Numbered from the stretch's first letter, positions 29,750 to 40,381 are shown. The stretch is 64,000 nt of DNA from an uncultured bacterium (GCA_963977015.1 CAXBMO010000006.1:32001-96000), one strand, 5' to 3'. The notes: generated by a model from the sequence alone, not told the origin. Made by a program: numbers and translations.

Positions 29750-29954
29750 CAGCCTGAAAGGCTGAAACATGCCAGCCCCGGCCAGAGGGCGGAACGCCCG
29801 GCGGCCGGGGTAGTGATCAATGACGTTGGTTAGGCCTGAAAGGCCGGGACACCGGTTGTCAGCCCCATTCAGGGGCCAATTTTTCCCTTCAGCAATCAAT
29901 CCCAGGGCCGCGCTCGTTCGATTTGCCCTGGGCTTGTCTCAGCCCGATGGGCTG
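29750..29954. repeat. REP/REPIN-like cluster of short palindromes
   Basis: CAGCCT-GAA-AGGCTG, GGCCT-GAA-AGGCC, GCCCC-ATTCA-GGGGC, CCCAGGGC..GCCCTGGG, CAGCCC-GAT-GGGCTG. Confidence 0.6.
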
Positions 29955-30008
29955 GCACGTTGCATCCGAGGTTGGGGGAACCAGAAAGCTGGATATGAAA
30001 TCTGGCGC

Positions 30009-30272
30009 TTAAGCTACTGAAAATTCAATTCGCATTCGACGTCGCTCACCTCTTGGGACTCCATCCCATCTTCCATCAATCCAAACTCCTTTTACGTTCA
30101 CTTGAACTTTTGGTTTACTATTGTGGGAAAACTCAATTGGATTTTGGAATTCAACCATCCAGGATCGATTATGGTCATGGGATTCGATGGGCGTTGATTT
30201 CAAATTTTCGAGCAGGGTAACGTCTTCAATTACTCCTCCAATCTTGATTTGTGTTGATGGATAAGGTTCCAT
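30009..30272 (-). CDS. Small hypothetical protein or fragment (low GC)
   Basis: 87 aa AT-rich ORF with GTTAGAT 11 nt upstream of the ATG. Confidence 0.5.
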   Translation of the reverse strand: MEPYPSTQIKIGGVIEDVTLLENLKSTPIESHDHNRSWMVEFQNPIEFSHNSKPKVQVNVKGVWIDGRWDGVPRGERRRMRIEFSVA

Positions 30273-30473
30273 AAGAACTATTTATCTAACAAAATCAAAA
30301 TGTCAATCATGGCGAAATATCGCTTCGTTTAGCGAACTGGTAGTTATGAGAATGTAGTATCGGCGGGAAGGAAATTCGATCGATGCGCCGCAACGCGTCC
30401 CCTGAGATCGAACTGCCGTCTATCCCGAAAGAAGGCCGGTTGACATTGCGGCTGTTAGAGCGAAATCCGTTCC

Positions 30474-33161
30474 ATGCCAAAATCCCTTCTTTCGTTGCTC
30501 GTCCTGTCCCTTGCCGCAGGCGGATTGTTCGCTGCGGACATCGAGCTTTCCCCGTCCGGCCCGATCTCCACCCCGCAGGCGGCTCTCGATGCAGCGCGCA
30601 ATGCGGAAAAACCGGTCCGGATCGTGGTTCAGGAGGGAGTTTACTTCCTTTCAGCGCCGCTCGAACTGGGGCCCGAGGATTCGCAGGTCACCTGGGAAGC
30701 CGCGCCCGGAGCGAACCCGGTTTTCAGCGGCGGCAGAGCGATCACCGGCTGGAAAGACGCCGGCGACGGGCTGTGGCGGGCCGAGGTTCCCGGGGTCAAA
30801 GACGGGAACTGGAGGTTCGTCCAGCTCTGGATCGGCGGACGCCGGGCGACTTGCGCGCGGACTCCGAATCGCGGGTTTTTCCACATTGCCGATTCCTGCG
30901 CCCCGAACGTCTTTCCCGGAGTCGCGAAAACGGAACACCGCGCCTTTGCCGCCGCGCCGGAGGAGTTTGCAATTCTCGAGGCGATTCCGGAAAATCAGCG
31001 GGACGATCTCCTCATCACGGTGAGTCACGCCTGGTCCGTCGGTCAGTGCCGGGTGGAAGCGCTCGATGCGGCGACCGGTTCCGTTCTGATCCGGGGCGGC
31101 TCGCGTTACGGCTTCCTGACCCGCGAGACCAACCAGCGTTACTGGCTGGAGAACTATCGCGCCGCGCTCGATGCCCCCGGGGAGTGGTTTCTCGACCGCG
31201 CGGCTGGAGAGGTGCTCTATCGCCCCCTGCCCGGCGAGGACCTCAACGCGCTCGAAATCGTCGCGCCGGTCGCGGAACAATTCGCGGTCATCAAGGGCGC
31301 GGAGAACCTGGTTTTTCGCGGGATCACCTTCCGGCACGGCCAATATCTCTACCCGCAAAACGGGCTTCAAGACGGTCAGGCCGCAGTGGCGGTGGGCGGC
31401 GCGATTGAAATCGAGAACAGCCGCGGGATCCGGTTCGAAAACTGCGAGATCGGGCACATCGGCCGCCACGCCGTCTACTTCAAGAACGGCTGCTCGGACT
31501 CGGCGCTGGTCCATTGCCGGCTCCACGACCTCGGCGGGGGAGGGGTGCGAATCGGCGAAACCGGCCGTCCCGAACGTGAGCGTCTCTGCCGACGGATCGT
31601 GGTCGACGACTGCATCATCCAGCACGGCGGCCGGCTTCATCCCAGCGCCTGCGGGGTCACCCTGACTCATGCCGAAGATTGCGCGGTGACGCATTGCGAC
31701 ATCGGCGATCTCTACTACACCGGCGTCAGCTTCGGCTGGAACTGGGGCTACGGCGAAAGCGTCTCGCGCCGCAACCGGCTTGAGAACTGCCACATCCACC
31801 ACCTCGGCTGGGCCTATCTCAGCGACATGGGCGGCTTCTACAACCTGGGCAACGCCCCCGGAACCGTGATTCGCGGCAACCACGTCCACCACGTCGCCAG
31901 TTATCGCTACGGCGGCTGGGGCCTCTATACCGACGAAGGCAGCGGTGACGTGCTGATGGAGAACAACCTGGTTCACGACACCAGCGAAGCCGGTTTTCAT
32001 CAGCATTATGGTTATGCCAACCGGATCCGGAACAACATTTTCGCGTTCGGTGAGGAAGCCCAGGTGCAGCGCAGCCAGAATGAGGGCCGACTCAACTTTG
32101 TCTATGAGAACAACATCGTGGTTTGGGATCCCGAATCGCCCCTGCTCGACGGAGGCGAGGGAAACTGGAAATTCCACGAAACGCGCGAGCGCGGCGAGCC
32201 GAAGGACAGCGTCATCTTTCGGCGCAACCTCTACTGGCCGACCGATGGGAAAGTTCCAGAGTATCTCACGGAAAAAGACTTCACCTGGGAGGAATGGCGC
32301 AAGATGGGCCGCGATGCCGGGAGCCTCTTCGCCGACCCGCTGTTCGAAAACCTTGATGCGCGTGATTTTCGCCTCAAACCGGAGAGCCCGGCCGCCAAGA
32401 TCGGGTTCCAGTCTTGGGACCTGGAATCGGCCGGAGTGCGTCGCGATGGTCCCGATGGCAATGCCTGGCGTCAGCTCGCCGCGTCCGGTCACGACTACCC
32501 AACCTGGGAAGCCGAAGCCAAACCCTGGCCCGCGCCGCCTTACCAAATCGAACTCCAGACCTTCGAACGCGTCGGCCTCGGCGGGCTCGGGATTCGCGGC
32601 GGCAAATGGACCTCACACGGCAAGGGCGAAACCATCGGCGTGACCGAGGAGGTGTCCTCACCGTTGCCACTCGCCGGTCAGCCGGGGACGGTCTCGAAAC
32701 GCAGCCTCGAAGTGCGCGACGCCCCCGGTCTGGAACGCAGCTACGAGCCGGTGCTCGACGTGAACCCGCCCTGGGAGACCGGCCGGATCACGGGTCGGTT
32801 CGACATCATGGCCCGCGAAGGCGCCGACTGGTTCTTCGAGATTCGCGGCAAGGGCGGGGAATTCGCCGCCGGCCCCTACCTGCGCTGGCAGAACGGCAAG
32901 CTCGGTGCGAACAATGCCTACAGCACCGCCCTCGCCGATCTCCCGCCCGGCGAATGGATCCGCGTGGAAATCGCCGCCACCACCGCGAGCGGCAAATGGT
33001 CGGTCAATCTAACCCGCGAGGACGGCTCGACCCTGGAATTCCCCGATCTCACCTGCAAACCCACCTGGGACAACGCCGGCTACCTCCTCTGGAGCGCGAT
33101 CGGGACGACCGAGACCTCGTTCTTTATCGACAATTTGACCTTGGTCCGGGAGGAGGAGTGA
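30474..33161 (+). CDS. Secreted right-handed parallel beta-helix protein (GH141-like putative glycosidase)
   Basis: Signal peptide, LDAPGEWFLD, DLGGGGVRIG, YTGVSFGWNWGY, LSDMGGFY, GWGLYTDEGS, FHQHYG. Confidence 0.85.
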   Translation: MPKSLLSLLVLSLAAGGLFAADIELSPSGPISTPQAALDAARNAEKPVRIVVQEGVYFLSAPLELGPEDSQVTWEAAPGANPVFSGGRAITGWKDAGDGLWRAEVPGVKDGNWRFVQLWIGGRRATCARTPNRGFFHIADSCAPNVFPGVAKTEHRAFAAAPEEFAILEAIPENQRDDLLITVSHAWSVGQCRVEALDAATGSVLIRGGSRYGFLTRETNQRYWLENYRAALDAPGEWFLDRAAGEVLYRPLPGEDLNALEIVAPVAEQFAVIKGAENLVFRGITFRHGQYLYPQNGLQDGQAAVAVGGAIEIENSRGIRFENCEIGHIGRHAVYFKNGCSDSALVHCRLHDLGGGGVRIGETGRPERERLCRRIVVDDCIIQHGGRLHPSACGVTLTHAEDCAVTHCDIGDLYYTGVSFGWNWGYGESVSRRNRLENCHIHHLGWAYLSDMGGFYNLGNAPGTVIRGNHVHHVASYRYGGWGLYTDEGSGDVLMENNLVHDTSEAGFHQHYGYANRIRNNIFAFGEEAQVQRSQNEGRLNFVYENNIVVWDPESPLLDGGEGNWKFHETRERGEPKDSVIFRRNLYWPTDGKVPEYLTEKDFTWEEWRKMGRDAGSLFADPLFENLDARDFRLKPESPAAKIGFQSWDLESAGVRRDGPDGNAWRQLAASGHDYPTWEAEAKPWPAPPYQIELQTFERVGLGGLGIRGGKWTSHGKGETIGVTEEVSSPLPLAGQPGTVSKRSLEVRDAPGLERSYEPVLDVNPPWETGRITGRFDIMAREGADWFFEIRGKGGEFAAGPYLRWQNGKLGANNAYSTALADLPPGEWIRVEIAATTASGKWSVNLTREDGSTLEFPDLTCKPTWDNAGYLLWSAIGTTETSFFIDNLTLVREEE

Positions 33162-33308
33162 GTTCTTGGTGTGGAATCGCACACTTTCGAGATCGGCGAT
33201 GAGGTTGTTGCGATGGATCATCCCGCGCTCCAAACACTGCGATTTTTTCTGGCCGATGCGCAGGTTGTGCGTAAGGCTTTTCGAAATTTTCAGCTGCCCA
33301 CATTCCTC

Positions 33309-34190
33309 ATGAAACCCCTCTTTCTCTTAACCCTCGGCATGGTTCTTTCAGCGGCGCTTCACGCCGAGGAGGTTCGCCGCACACCGCTGATTCTCTCTCA
33401 AGGCGGCACGCCGGAGGAACCTGCGGTATTCGACGGCGAAGGCCTGATCATCGACCTGGGCATCGACATCACCGCGCAGGATTGGATTCAAGCTGGCGAT
33501 GTCTGGACCTCGCGCGGTCCTCTGCCGGGCCATCCGCCAAGGGAAGATACTCAGCGGGCGGGCCTCTTCATCGACGAGGTGCCAATTATCATTGTGCGGG
33601 ATCGGGCGGCTGAACAACAAGCCGAAGAAGCAAAGCCGATCGTCTACCTCGCGCCGAAAGCCTTGCACCCCGGGCAGATGGGCTGGACTGAGGATGGTTC
33701 GCTCTACTTTCGCTGGCCGGCGGAGAAAAAGCCGGGAGAGGCGCGCATCATCCAGCCATCACCGGGACTGACCAGCGGCGTCGTCATCGCCTGTTCCCAC
33801 ATCACGGTGCGCAACGTCACCGCGATGCATGCGGCCAACGATGGGTTCAACATCCACGGCCATCGCGTCGGCATCCGCTTGGAAAACGTGAGGGCGCTCT
33901 CGAATGGCGATGAAGGCATCAGCGCGCATGAAACGGTGCAGATGGATGTGGCCGACTCAGAGATTGCCTGGAACGGTTCTTCCGCGGGCGGGGTTGCCGA
34001 CGTGAACGACTCGGTCACCAGCTACACGAATTGCGAGCTCCATCACAACCGGAACGCCGCGTTGTTCTTCGACGGCAAATCGCATCGCGTCACGGATTGC
34101 CTGATCCATCATCAGGAAAGGGACATCGTGATTCGGGGCAAGGACGTTGTCGTGGAGACGTCCGGCAACGTCTGGCGCAAGGAGGAGTGA
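33309..34190 (+). CDS. Secreted right-handed beta-helix protein
   Basis: Signal peptide MKPLFLL, ANDGFNIHG, NGDEGISAHE. Confidence 0.75.
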   Translation: MKPLFLLTLGMVLSAALHAEEVRRTPLILSQGGTPEEPAVFDGEGLIIDLGIDITAQDWIQAGDVWTSRGPLPGHPPREDTQRAGLFIDEVPIIIVRDRAAEQQAEEAKPIVYLAPKALHPGQMGWTEDGSLYFRWPAEKKPGEARIIQPSPGLTSGVVIACSHITVRNVTAMHAANDGFNIHGHRVGIRLENVRALSNGDEGISAHETVQMDVADSEIAWNGSSAGGVADVNDSVTSYTNCELHHNRNAALFFDGKSHRVTDCLIHHQERDIVIRGKDVVVETSGNVWRKEE

Positions 34191-34398
34191 GCCACGCTGC
34201 GGCGGGGCTTTGCCTCGGTTGACGCACCTGGCGATTGCGGGATCGACCTCCGGCAAGGCATCTTAGGGGTGCGGAGGCTGGTCTGGGTTGACTTTCCGGG
34301 GGGCTAGTCCACTTATGGAACGGCCGCTCGCGGGCTGTGCCGATTCCTAAACCCCCTTCCGGGTTTCCCCCGGATTTCAGATCTGATTCCAAACCCCC

Positions 34399-36516
34399 AT
34401 GAATTCCCTATCCATGATGTTGTTCCCTATTCGTTTCCTGCCGATTTTGGTGTTGATGTTGCTGGTTGTTTCCCTGCCGGTGCGAGCTGCGGAATCCGAT
34501 CCCGAAAGCTACGATATCGTGGTTTACGGGGGAACGAGCGCGGGGATTGTGGCCGGGATCCAGGCGTTGGAAATGGGGAAATCGGTGGTCGTGATCGAGC
34601 CGACGAGCCGGGAGGGCGGGCTGACGACGGGCGGGCTGGGCCAGACCGATATCGGCAACAAGCAGGTGATCGGCGGCCTTTCGCGCGAGTTTTACGAGCG
34701 GATCCGGAAATTTTACGACGATCCGGCGGCCTGGCAGTGGCAGAAGCGGGAGCAATATCGTGACAGCGGCCAGACCCGGACGGGAGAGGGCGAGCCGACG
34801 ATGTGGACGTTTGAGCCGAGCGCGGCGTTGCAGGTTTATCGCGAATGGATCGCGGAGACGGGGTTGAAGGTGGTTTTCAACGAGCGGCTCGATCGCGAGA
34901 CCGGGGTGAAGAAGGACGGAGCGCGGATCGTGGCGATCACGATGGAGTCGGGGCGGGTTTTTGCCGGGAAAATGTTTCTCGACGCGACTTATGAGGGCGA
35001 TCTGTTGGCCTCGGCGGGAGTAAGTTACACGGTGGGGCGCGAGGCGAACGCGACCTACGGGGAGACTCTGAACGGGGTTCAGACGGCGATGGCGAAGCAT
35101 CACAATTTCGTCGCCGGGGTCGATCCCTATCGGGTGAAGGGCGATCCGGAGAGCGGACTGTTGCCGTTCATCGATCCGGAGGGACCGGGCGAGGAAGGCT
35201 CGGGCGATCACCGGGTGCAGGCCTACTGTTTTCGGATGTGCCTGACCGATCACCCGGAAAACCGGATTCCGTTTCACAAGCCGGATGGGTATGACGAAAC
35301 TTGGTTCGAGCTGCTGCTGCGCAACTTCGAGGCGGGCGAAAACGGGATGCCATGGATCAATTCGTCAATGCCGAATCGCAAGACCGACACCAACAACCGG
35401 ACCGGATTTTCGACCGATTTCATTGGCCAGAACTACGATTACCCGGAAGCCAGCTACGCCGAGAGGGAAGCGATCGTGGCGCGGCACCGGCTTTATCAGC
35501 AGGGCCTGATGTGGACCCTGGCCAATCACCCGCGCATGCCGGACAAGATCCGCAACAGCGTGGCGCGTTGGGGCATGTGCAAGGACGAGTTCGAGGAAGG
35601 TAACGGCTGGCAGGAACAGCTCTACATCCGGGAAGCCCGCCGCATGGTCAGCGACTTCGTGATGACGCAGAACCACTGCCAACAGCGCGAGACGTTGGAG
35701 GATTCCGTGGGCATGGGCGCTTACACGATGGACTCGCATAACGTGCAACGTCACCTCAGCAAAGAAGGTCACGTCCGCAACGAGGGCGACATTCAGGTCG
35801 GCGGATTCCCGCCTTATCCGATCAGTTATCGCTCGATCGTCCCAAGTCAGAAGGAAGCGGACAACCTGCTCGTGCCGGTTTGCCTTTCGGCGAGCCACAT
35901 GGCGTTCGGCTCGATCCGGATGGAGCCGGTCTTCATGGTGCTGGCTCAGTCCGCAGCGACGGCGGCCTGTTTCGCGATCGATGACGAGGTGGCGGTTCAG
36001 GACGTGGATTATGCAAAGCTGAAAACGCGGCTCGAGGCCGACGAACAAATTCTGTTTCACGATGCGCCGGTTCGGCCGGGCGGGGCAGGGTTCACCAAGT
36101 TGGATTCGCTGGAAGGCGTGGTCGTTGACGACAGCGCCGCGAAGCTGAGCGGAACCTGGACCGCGAGTGTCCTGATCCAGGGGATTCATCGGGGTTACCA
36201 GCACGACGGCGGTGCCCAAGACGGCAACGCCACGGCAGTGTTCGCGGCCGAATTGCCGAAGCCAGGAACCTATGAAGTGCAGGTCGCCTACTCGACGAAC
36301 GGGAATCGGGCGACCAACGTCCCGGTCGCGATCGAGCACGCCGGCGGCGAGACGGCGGAAGCCACTCTGAACCAGCGGAAGTCGCCGGAAGGCGGCGGTT
36401 ACTTCGCTCCGGTGGGGCGTTTTGCGTTCGAGAAAACCGGCAAGGTCACCATTTCGAACCGCGGAACCAACGGCCACGTCATCATCGACGCGGTGCGCTG
36501 GTTGCCGGTGGAGTAG
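34399..36516 (+). CDS. FAD-dependent oxidoreductase with C-terminal xanthan-lyase/golvesin-like beta domain
   Basis: DIVVYGGTSAG, GGLTTGGLG, DATYEGDL, YIREARRM, SIRMEPVFM. C-terminal NRATNVPV..VIIDAVRW. Confidence 0.9.
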   Translation: MNSLSMMLFPIRFLPILVLMLLVVSLPVRAAESDPESYDIVVYGGTSAGIVAGIQALEMGKSVVVIEPTSREGGLTTGGLGQTDIGNKQVIGGLSREFYERIRKFYDDPAAWQWQKREQYRDSGQTRTGEGEPTMWTFEPSAALQVYREWIAETGLKVVFNERLDRETGVKKDGARIVAITMESGRVFAGKMFLDATYEGDLLASAGVSYTVGREANATYGETLNGVQTAMAKHHNFVAGVDPYRVKGDPESGLLPFIDPEGPGEEGSGDHRVQAYCFRMCLTDHPENRIPFHKPDGYDETWFELLLRNFEAGENGMPWINSSMPNRKTDTNNRTGFSTDFIGQNYDYPEASYAEREAIVARHRLYQQGLMWTLANHPRMPDKIRNSVARWGMCKDEFEEGNGWQEQLYIREARRMVSDFVMTQNHCQQRETLEDSVGMGAYTMDSHNVQRHLSKEGHVRNEGDIQVGGFPPYPISYRSIVPSQKEADNLLVPVCLSASHMAFGSIRMEPVFMVLAQSAATAACFAIDDEVAVQDVDYAKLKTRLEADEQILFHDAPVRPGGAGFTKLDSLEGVVVDDSAAKLSGTWTASVLIQGIHRGYQHDGGAQDGNATAVFAAELPKPGTYEVQVAYSTNGNRATNVPVAIEHAGGETAEATLNQRKSPEGGGYFAPVGRFAFEKTGKVTISNRGTNGHVIIDAVRWLPVE

Positions 36517-36700
36517 GATGGGGCGAGTCCCGCAATCCTTCTTCACGGTAAGCTGTCTGCTGCGACTTGGGTCGGTAGTTCCGTGGTCAACTCGGCAAAC
36601 GGCAAAACGTAGGAATGCGGTGAGGAGATACAGAAACGTGAAGTGGCGGAAACCAGCCCCGCTATTGCTGAAAGTGCCGACCTGGATATAGTGGCGCGAG

Positions 36701-37144
36701 TTGAGTTCCGCCGCCCATTCCAATGCCATTCCGCGCAAGCCCATCGAGGTAGTATGTGCTGTGTTGATGGATGAGGATGGTCTTGTTCTCGCCGTCCAAC
36801 GCGGAAAAACCGGGTCGCTGCCTGGAAGTTGGGAGTTCCCCGGAGGCAAGGTGGAACCTGGGGAGGATCGCGAAGCCGCGCTTCGGCGAGAACTGCGGGA
36901 GGAACTGCATTTGGTTCTCGATCACGACCCGCTCAACCCCTTGTTGCCTTCATCCCATCTCTATCCTTTCGGTGCGATCAGGTTGTGGCCGTTTTTATGT
37001 CGGCTTAAGCGCCGTCCTAATCTCACCCTCCTCGAACATAGCGCGCAAACCTGGCTGCCTTTGTCCGAGGCACGATTGCTTGACTGGGCCCCGGCTGATG
37101 TGCCGATCCTGGATGAACTCGAACGCGTTCTCTCACCGTCCTAG
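36701..37144 (+). CDS. NUDIX (MutT-like) (d)NTP pyrophosphohydrolase
   Basis: WEFPGGKVEPGEDREAALRRELREEL Nudix box; WAPADVP. Confidence 0.93.
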   Translation: MSSAAHSNAIPRKPIEVVCAVLMDEDGLVLAVQRGKTGSLPGSWEFPGGKVEPGEDREAALRRELREELHLVLDHDPLNPLLPSSHLYPFGAIRLWPFLCRLKRRPNLTLLEHSAQTWLPLSEARLLDWAPADVPILDELERVLSPS

Positions 37145-37153
37145 CTGCTGTTC

Positions 37154-40100
37154 ATGCCGACCAATTCCCTTGCCCCAGGTTTGTATGAGCGTTTGCTCGA
37201 TCAAGAGTTGGCAGAGTTGTTGGATGCGAATCCTGAACTCCGACCGACCCTGGAGAAAATCGACGACGAAGCGTTGCCCGTTGCCTACGCTCAATTCATT
37301 GCGGAAATTCTCCGCGAGGCCCTGTCGCAATCGGGAAGCAGGGATCGCCTACCGCTGATCAACCGATTGATCGAATTGCTAGGAGCTCAGGACGGGAGCG
37401 ACTATTTGCAGAAGCGGAAACTGCTCTCGCGACCTGAGACTCTCCTCACGCAGTTGCAGCCGGTCTCAGCTCTGGCAAACTCGCCCTGGCCGCATCCGGA
37501 GACACCCTTGGCGATCAGCAGCCTCCTCACCGGAAGTGGAGAAGATCCGCCGCTCGATCGCGAACTGCGAACCGAACTGCTCAGTTGCAACCGAGTCGAT
37601 ATTCTCGTGTCGTTCATCAAGTGGTCCGGACTTTCGCTGCTGCTTTCCGCCTTTGAGGAGATTGAAGAACGAGGAATCCCGGTGCGGATCATCACCACGT
37701 CCTACATGGGGGCCTCCGACCCGCCGGCGATCGAATGGCTCGCGCAACGGAGCAATGTTGAGATTCGGATTTCTTACGATACCGAACGCACCCGCCTGCA
37801 CGCCAAGGCTTATCACTTCCACCGTGACAGCGGCTATTCCACGGCCTACATCGGCTCGGCGAATATGAGTCGACCAGCCATGACCAGTGGCCTCGAGTGG
37901 ACCGTGAAAGTGACCGCGAAAGACATGCCCCATGTCATGGAGCGATTCGAGGCCGAGTTCGAGACTTACTGGCACCATGAGGCCTTCGTGCATTTCGGTC
38001 CGGGCGATCACGAGAAATTTCGGAGGGCGATTCAACGAATTCGTCAGCCAGCGGAGAACGGTCCGCGATTTTTCGCCGATCTCACCCCGCATCCTTTTCA
38101 GGAACGCGTGCTGGAAGCGCTCGCTGCGGCACGAGCAGATGGCTCGCATCGCAATCTCGTGGTCGCGGCGACCGGCACGGGCAAGACTGTCATGGCCGCC
38201 TTCGACTACGCGCGTTTCTGCCGCGAAAACCCGAACAACTCTCGCCTCCTTTTCATCGTGCACCGCAAGGAGATCCTTCGCCAGGCGCGCGATTGCTTCC
38301 GGGCTGTTCTCCGGGACTACAATTTCGGAGAAATGCTCGTCGACGGCCAACGTCCGGAGCAATGGCAGGCCGTTTTCGCCTCGGTCGCGAGTCTCGCCAG
38401 TCAGACTCCGTGGAAGACTCTCGGCACCGACCACTTTGACTTCATCATCGTCGATGAAGCTCACCACGGTACCGCCAACAGCTATCGCGCGATCTTCGAA
38501 CATCTTGAACCAAAAGTGTTGCTCGGCCTCAGCGCGACTCCGGAGCGTATGGATGGCACATCCATCCTGCCCGATTTCGACAATCGCTTTGCCGCGGAGA
38601 TTCGCCTGCCCGAAGCCCTCGAGGAGAAGCTACTCTGTCCCTTTCACTACTTCGGGGTCACCGATCCCGTTTCGACGGCGGAGGATCGTTTCTGGAAGAA
38701 CGGAAAATACGACACCACGGAACTGGAAAACGTTTACACGGGCGACGACATCCGTGCCCTCGGCCGACTCGATGCCATCGTCGGAGCTCTGCACCGCTAC
38801 TATCCCGACCAGGAAAGCCTACGTGCCATCGGATTCTGCGCCGGGGTGCGGCACGCGAAGTTCATGGCGACCAAATTTCGTGAGAACGGCTATCGCGCCG
38901 AAACCTTGCTCGGCGAAACACCTCCTGAGTTGCGTGATGAACGAGTGCGGGAATTTTGCTCCGGGAAGCTGCATTTTCTTTTTGCCGTCGATGTGCTCAG
39001 CGAGGGTTTCGATCTGCCCGAAATCAATCTGGTGATGTTTCTGCGCCCCACCGAGAGCCTGACCGTTTTTCTCCAGCAATTGGGTCGTGGCTTGCGTCTC
39101 AGTCCGGAAAAGGACTGCCTTACCGTGCTCGATTTTGTTGGGCAGAGTCATCACCGCTACCGGATGGATCGAAAATTCACGGCGCTGTTGCGACACAGCC
39201 GGCGTCGGATCGACCGCGAGATCGAGCGGGATTTCCCCAATCTGCCACCGGGGTGCAGCATTCAGTTTGAACGCGTTGCTCGTGAGCACGTCCTGGAGAA
39301 CATCAGGAAGTCACTCGGTAATCTTCGCGAGTTTGTCCCCGAAGCAATTCGCACCTTCACCGCAGAAACCGGACGCCCTCTCACCTTCGCCAATTTCGTC
39401 GCCGAGGCCGAACTTTCTCCGGTTGAACTCTTAAAGACCCGTACATGGTCCGAGTGGAAGGATCTCGCAAACGGAACCCGGACGGTCAACGATCCCCATC
39501 TCGCCGACGCCCGAAAAGCCCTCCGCCGCTTCGCTTTGCGTACCGATCCCGACCTGCTCGAGAAGGCCCGGAGGATTAGCTGTTCCACCGTCGCGGAAGA
39601 GCCCGCCCACTATGGCCTCACCGAAAAGCAGGCGGGGATGCTCCACTATCTCCTCTGGAGCAAGAATGGCGAAAACCTCGGGCTCTCTTCCTACCGGGAA
39701 TCATTTCAGCGGTGGGCTGAAAATCCGCAGTCGGCCAAAGACCTGGAAGAGATCATCGAATGGCGGAATTCGGTGCGTCCATTCGGAACCGCTGATGTCA
39801 ATCTCCCCTTCGAGTGCCCGCTTCGCCTGCATGCCGCCTACGGGCTGCGCGAGATCAGCGCCGCCTTTGGCAAAGCCAATCTCGACACCACCGGACCTGC
39901 CGGGACGGGAGTGATACACGTCGAGGAGCAGCGCACGTATCTGCACCTGGTCACCTTTCGGAAAGAGGAGCGCGATTTCTCTCCAACCACGCGATACAAG
40001 GACTACCCGATCAGTCCAACATTGTTTCATTGGGAATCTCAAGCCAACACAACCCGCGCCAGCAGAACCGGGCAGAACTACCTGCACTTTCGAGATCGAC

Positions 40101-40282
40101 GCTACACGATCTTATTTTTCGCCCGGCTGGAAAAGCAGGTCGATGGGGAAACCGCGCCCTTCCTGTTTCTTGGCCCAGCCTGTAAGCTCTGTTCCGCCGA
40201 ACGCGACCGCCCTATCCGCATGGTCTGGGAACTGGAGCACCCCATGCCTGCCGAACTGTTTGAGCAAGCCCGGGCCACGTGA
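37154..40282 (+). CDS. PLD nuclease - SF2 helicase - DUF3427 protein (SauUSI-like type IV restriction enzyme)
   Basis: LHAKAY..GSANMS (PLD), AATGTGKT, IVDEAHH, SAT, QQLGRGLR. C-terminal Y.D..ISPTLFHWESQ. Confidence 0.88.
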   Translation: MPTNSLAPGLYERLLDQELAELLDANPELRPTLEKIDDEALPVAYAQFIAEILREALSQSGSRDRLPLINRLIELLGAQDGSDYLQKRKLLSRPETLLTQLQPVSALANSPWPHPETPLAISSLLTGSGEDPPLDRELRTELLSCNRVDILVSFIKWSGLSLLLSAFEEIEERGIPVRIITTSYMGASDPPAIEWLAQRSNVEIRISYDTERTRLHAKAYHFHRDSGYSTAYIGSANMSRPAMTSGLEWTVKVTAKDMPHVMERFEAEFETYWHHEAFVHFGPGDHEKFRRAIQRIRQPAENGPRFFADLTPHPFQERVLEALAAARADGSHRNLVVAATGTGKTVMAAFDYARFCRENPNNSRLLFIVHRKEILRQARDCFRAVLRDYNFGEMLVDGQRPEQWQAVFASVASLASQTPWKTLGTDHFDFIIVDEAHHGTANSYRAIFEHLEPKVLLGLSATPERMDGTSILPDFDNRFAAEIRLPEALEEKLLCPFHYFGVTDPVSTAEDRFWKNGKYDTTELENVYTGDDIRALGRLDAIVGALHRYYPDQESLRAIGFCAGVRHAKFMATKFRENGYRAETLLGETPPELRDERVREFCSGKLHFLFAVDVLSEGFDLPEINLVMFLRPTESLTVFLQQLGRGLRLSPEKDCLTVLDFVGQSHHRYRMDRKFTALLRHSRRRIDREIERDFPNLPPGCSIQFERVAREHVLENIRKSLGNLREFVPEAIRTFTAETGRPLTFANFVAEAELSPVELLKTRTWSEWKDLANGTRTVNDPHLADARKALRRFALRTDPDLLEKARRISCSTVAEEPAHYGLTEKQAGMLHYLLWSKNGENLGLSSYRESFQRWAENPQSAKDLEEIIEWRNSVRPFGTADVNLPFECPLRLHAAYGLREISAAFGKANLDTTGPAGTGVIHVEEQRTYLHLVTFRKEERDFSPTTRYKDYPISPTLFHWESQANTTRASRTGQNYLHFRDRRYTILFFARLEKQVDGETAPFLFLGPACKLCSAERDRPIRMVWELEHPMPAELFEQARAT

Positions 40283-40381
40283 AATCGGCAAACGCTGTTC
40301 TCTCGACTGGGAATTACTCCAATACTTTGGTGACGGTCGGATTGTCCGGAATTTGTATCACCGTCGAATTCGCTTTCAGAA

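Noticed and set aside
30651-32546. 631-aa minus-strand ORF, and similar long ORFs at 4455-6149, 7260-8849, 23557-24915, 35365-36849 and 48367-49791
   Set aside because: These are antisense shadows of well-supported genes in high-GC DNA and show no recognisable motifs.
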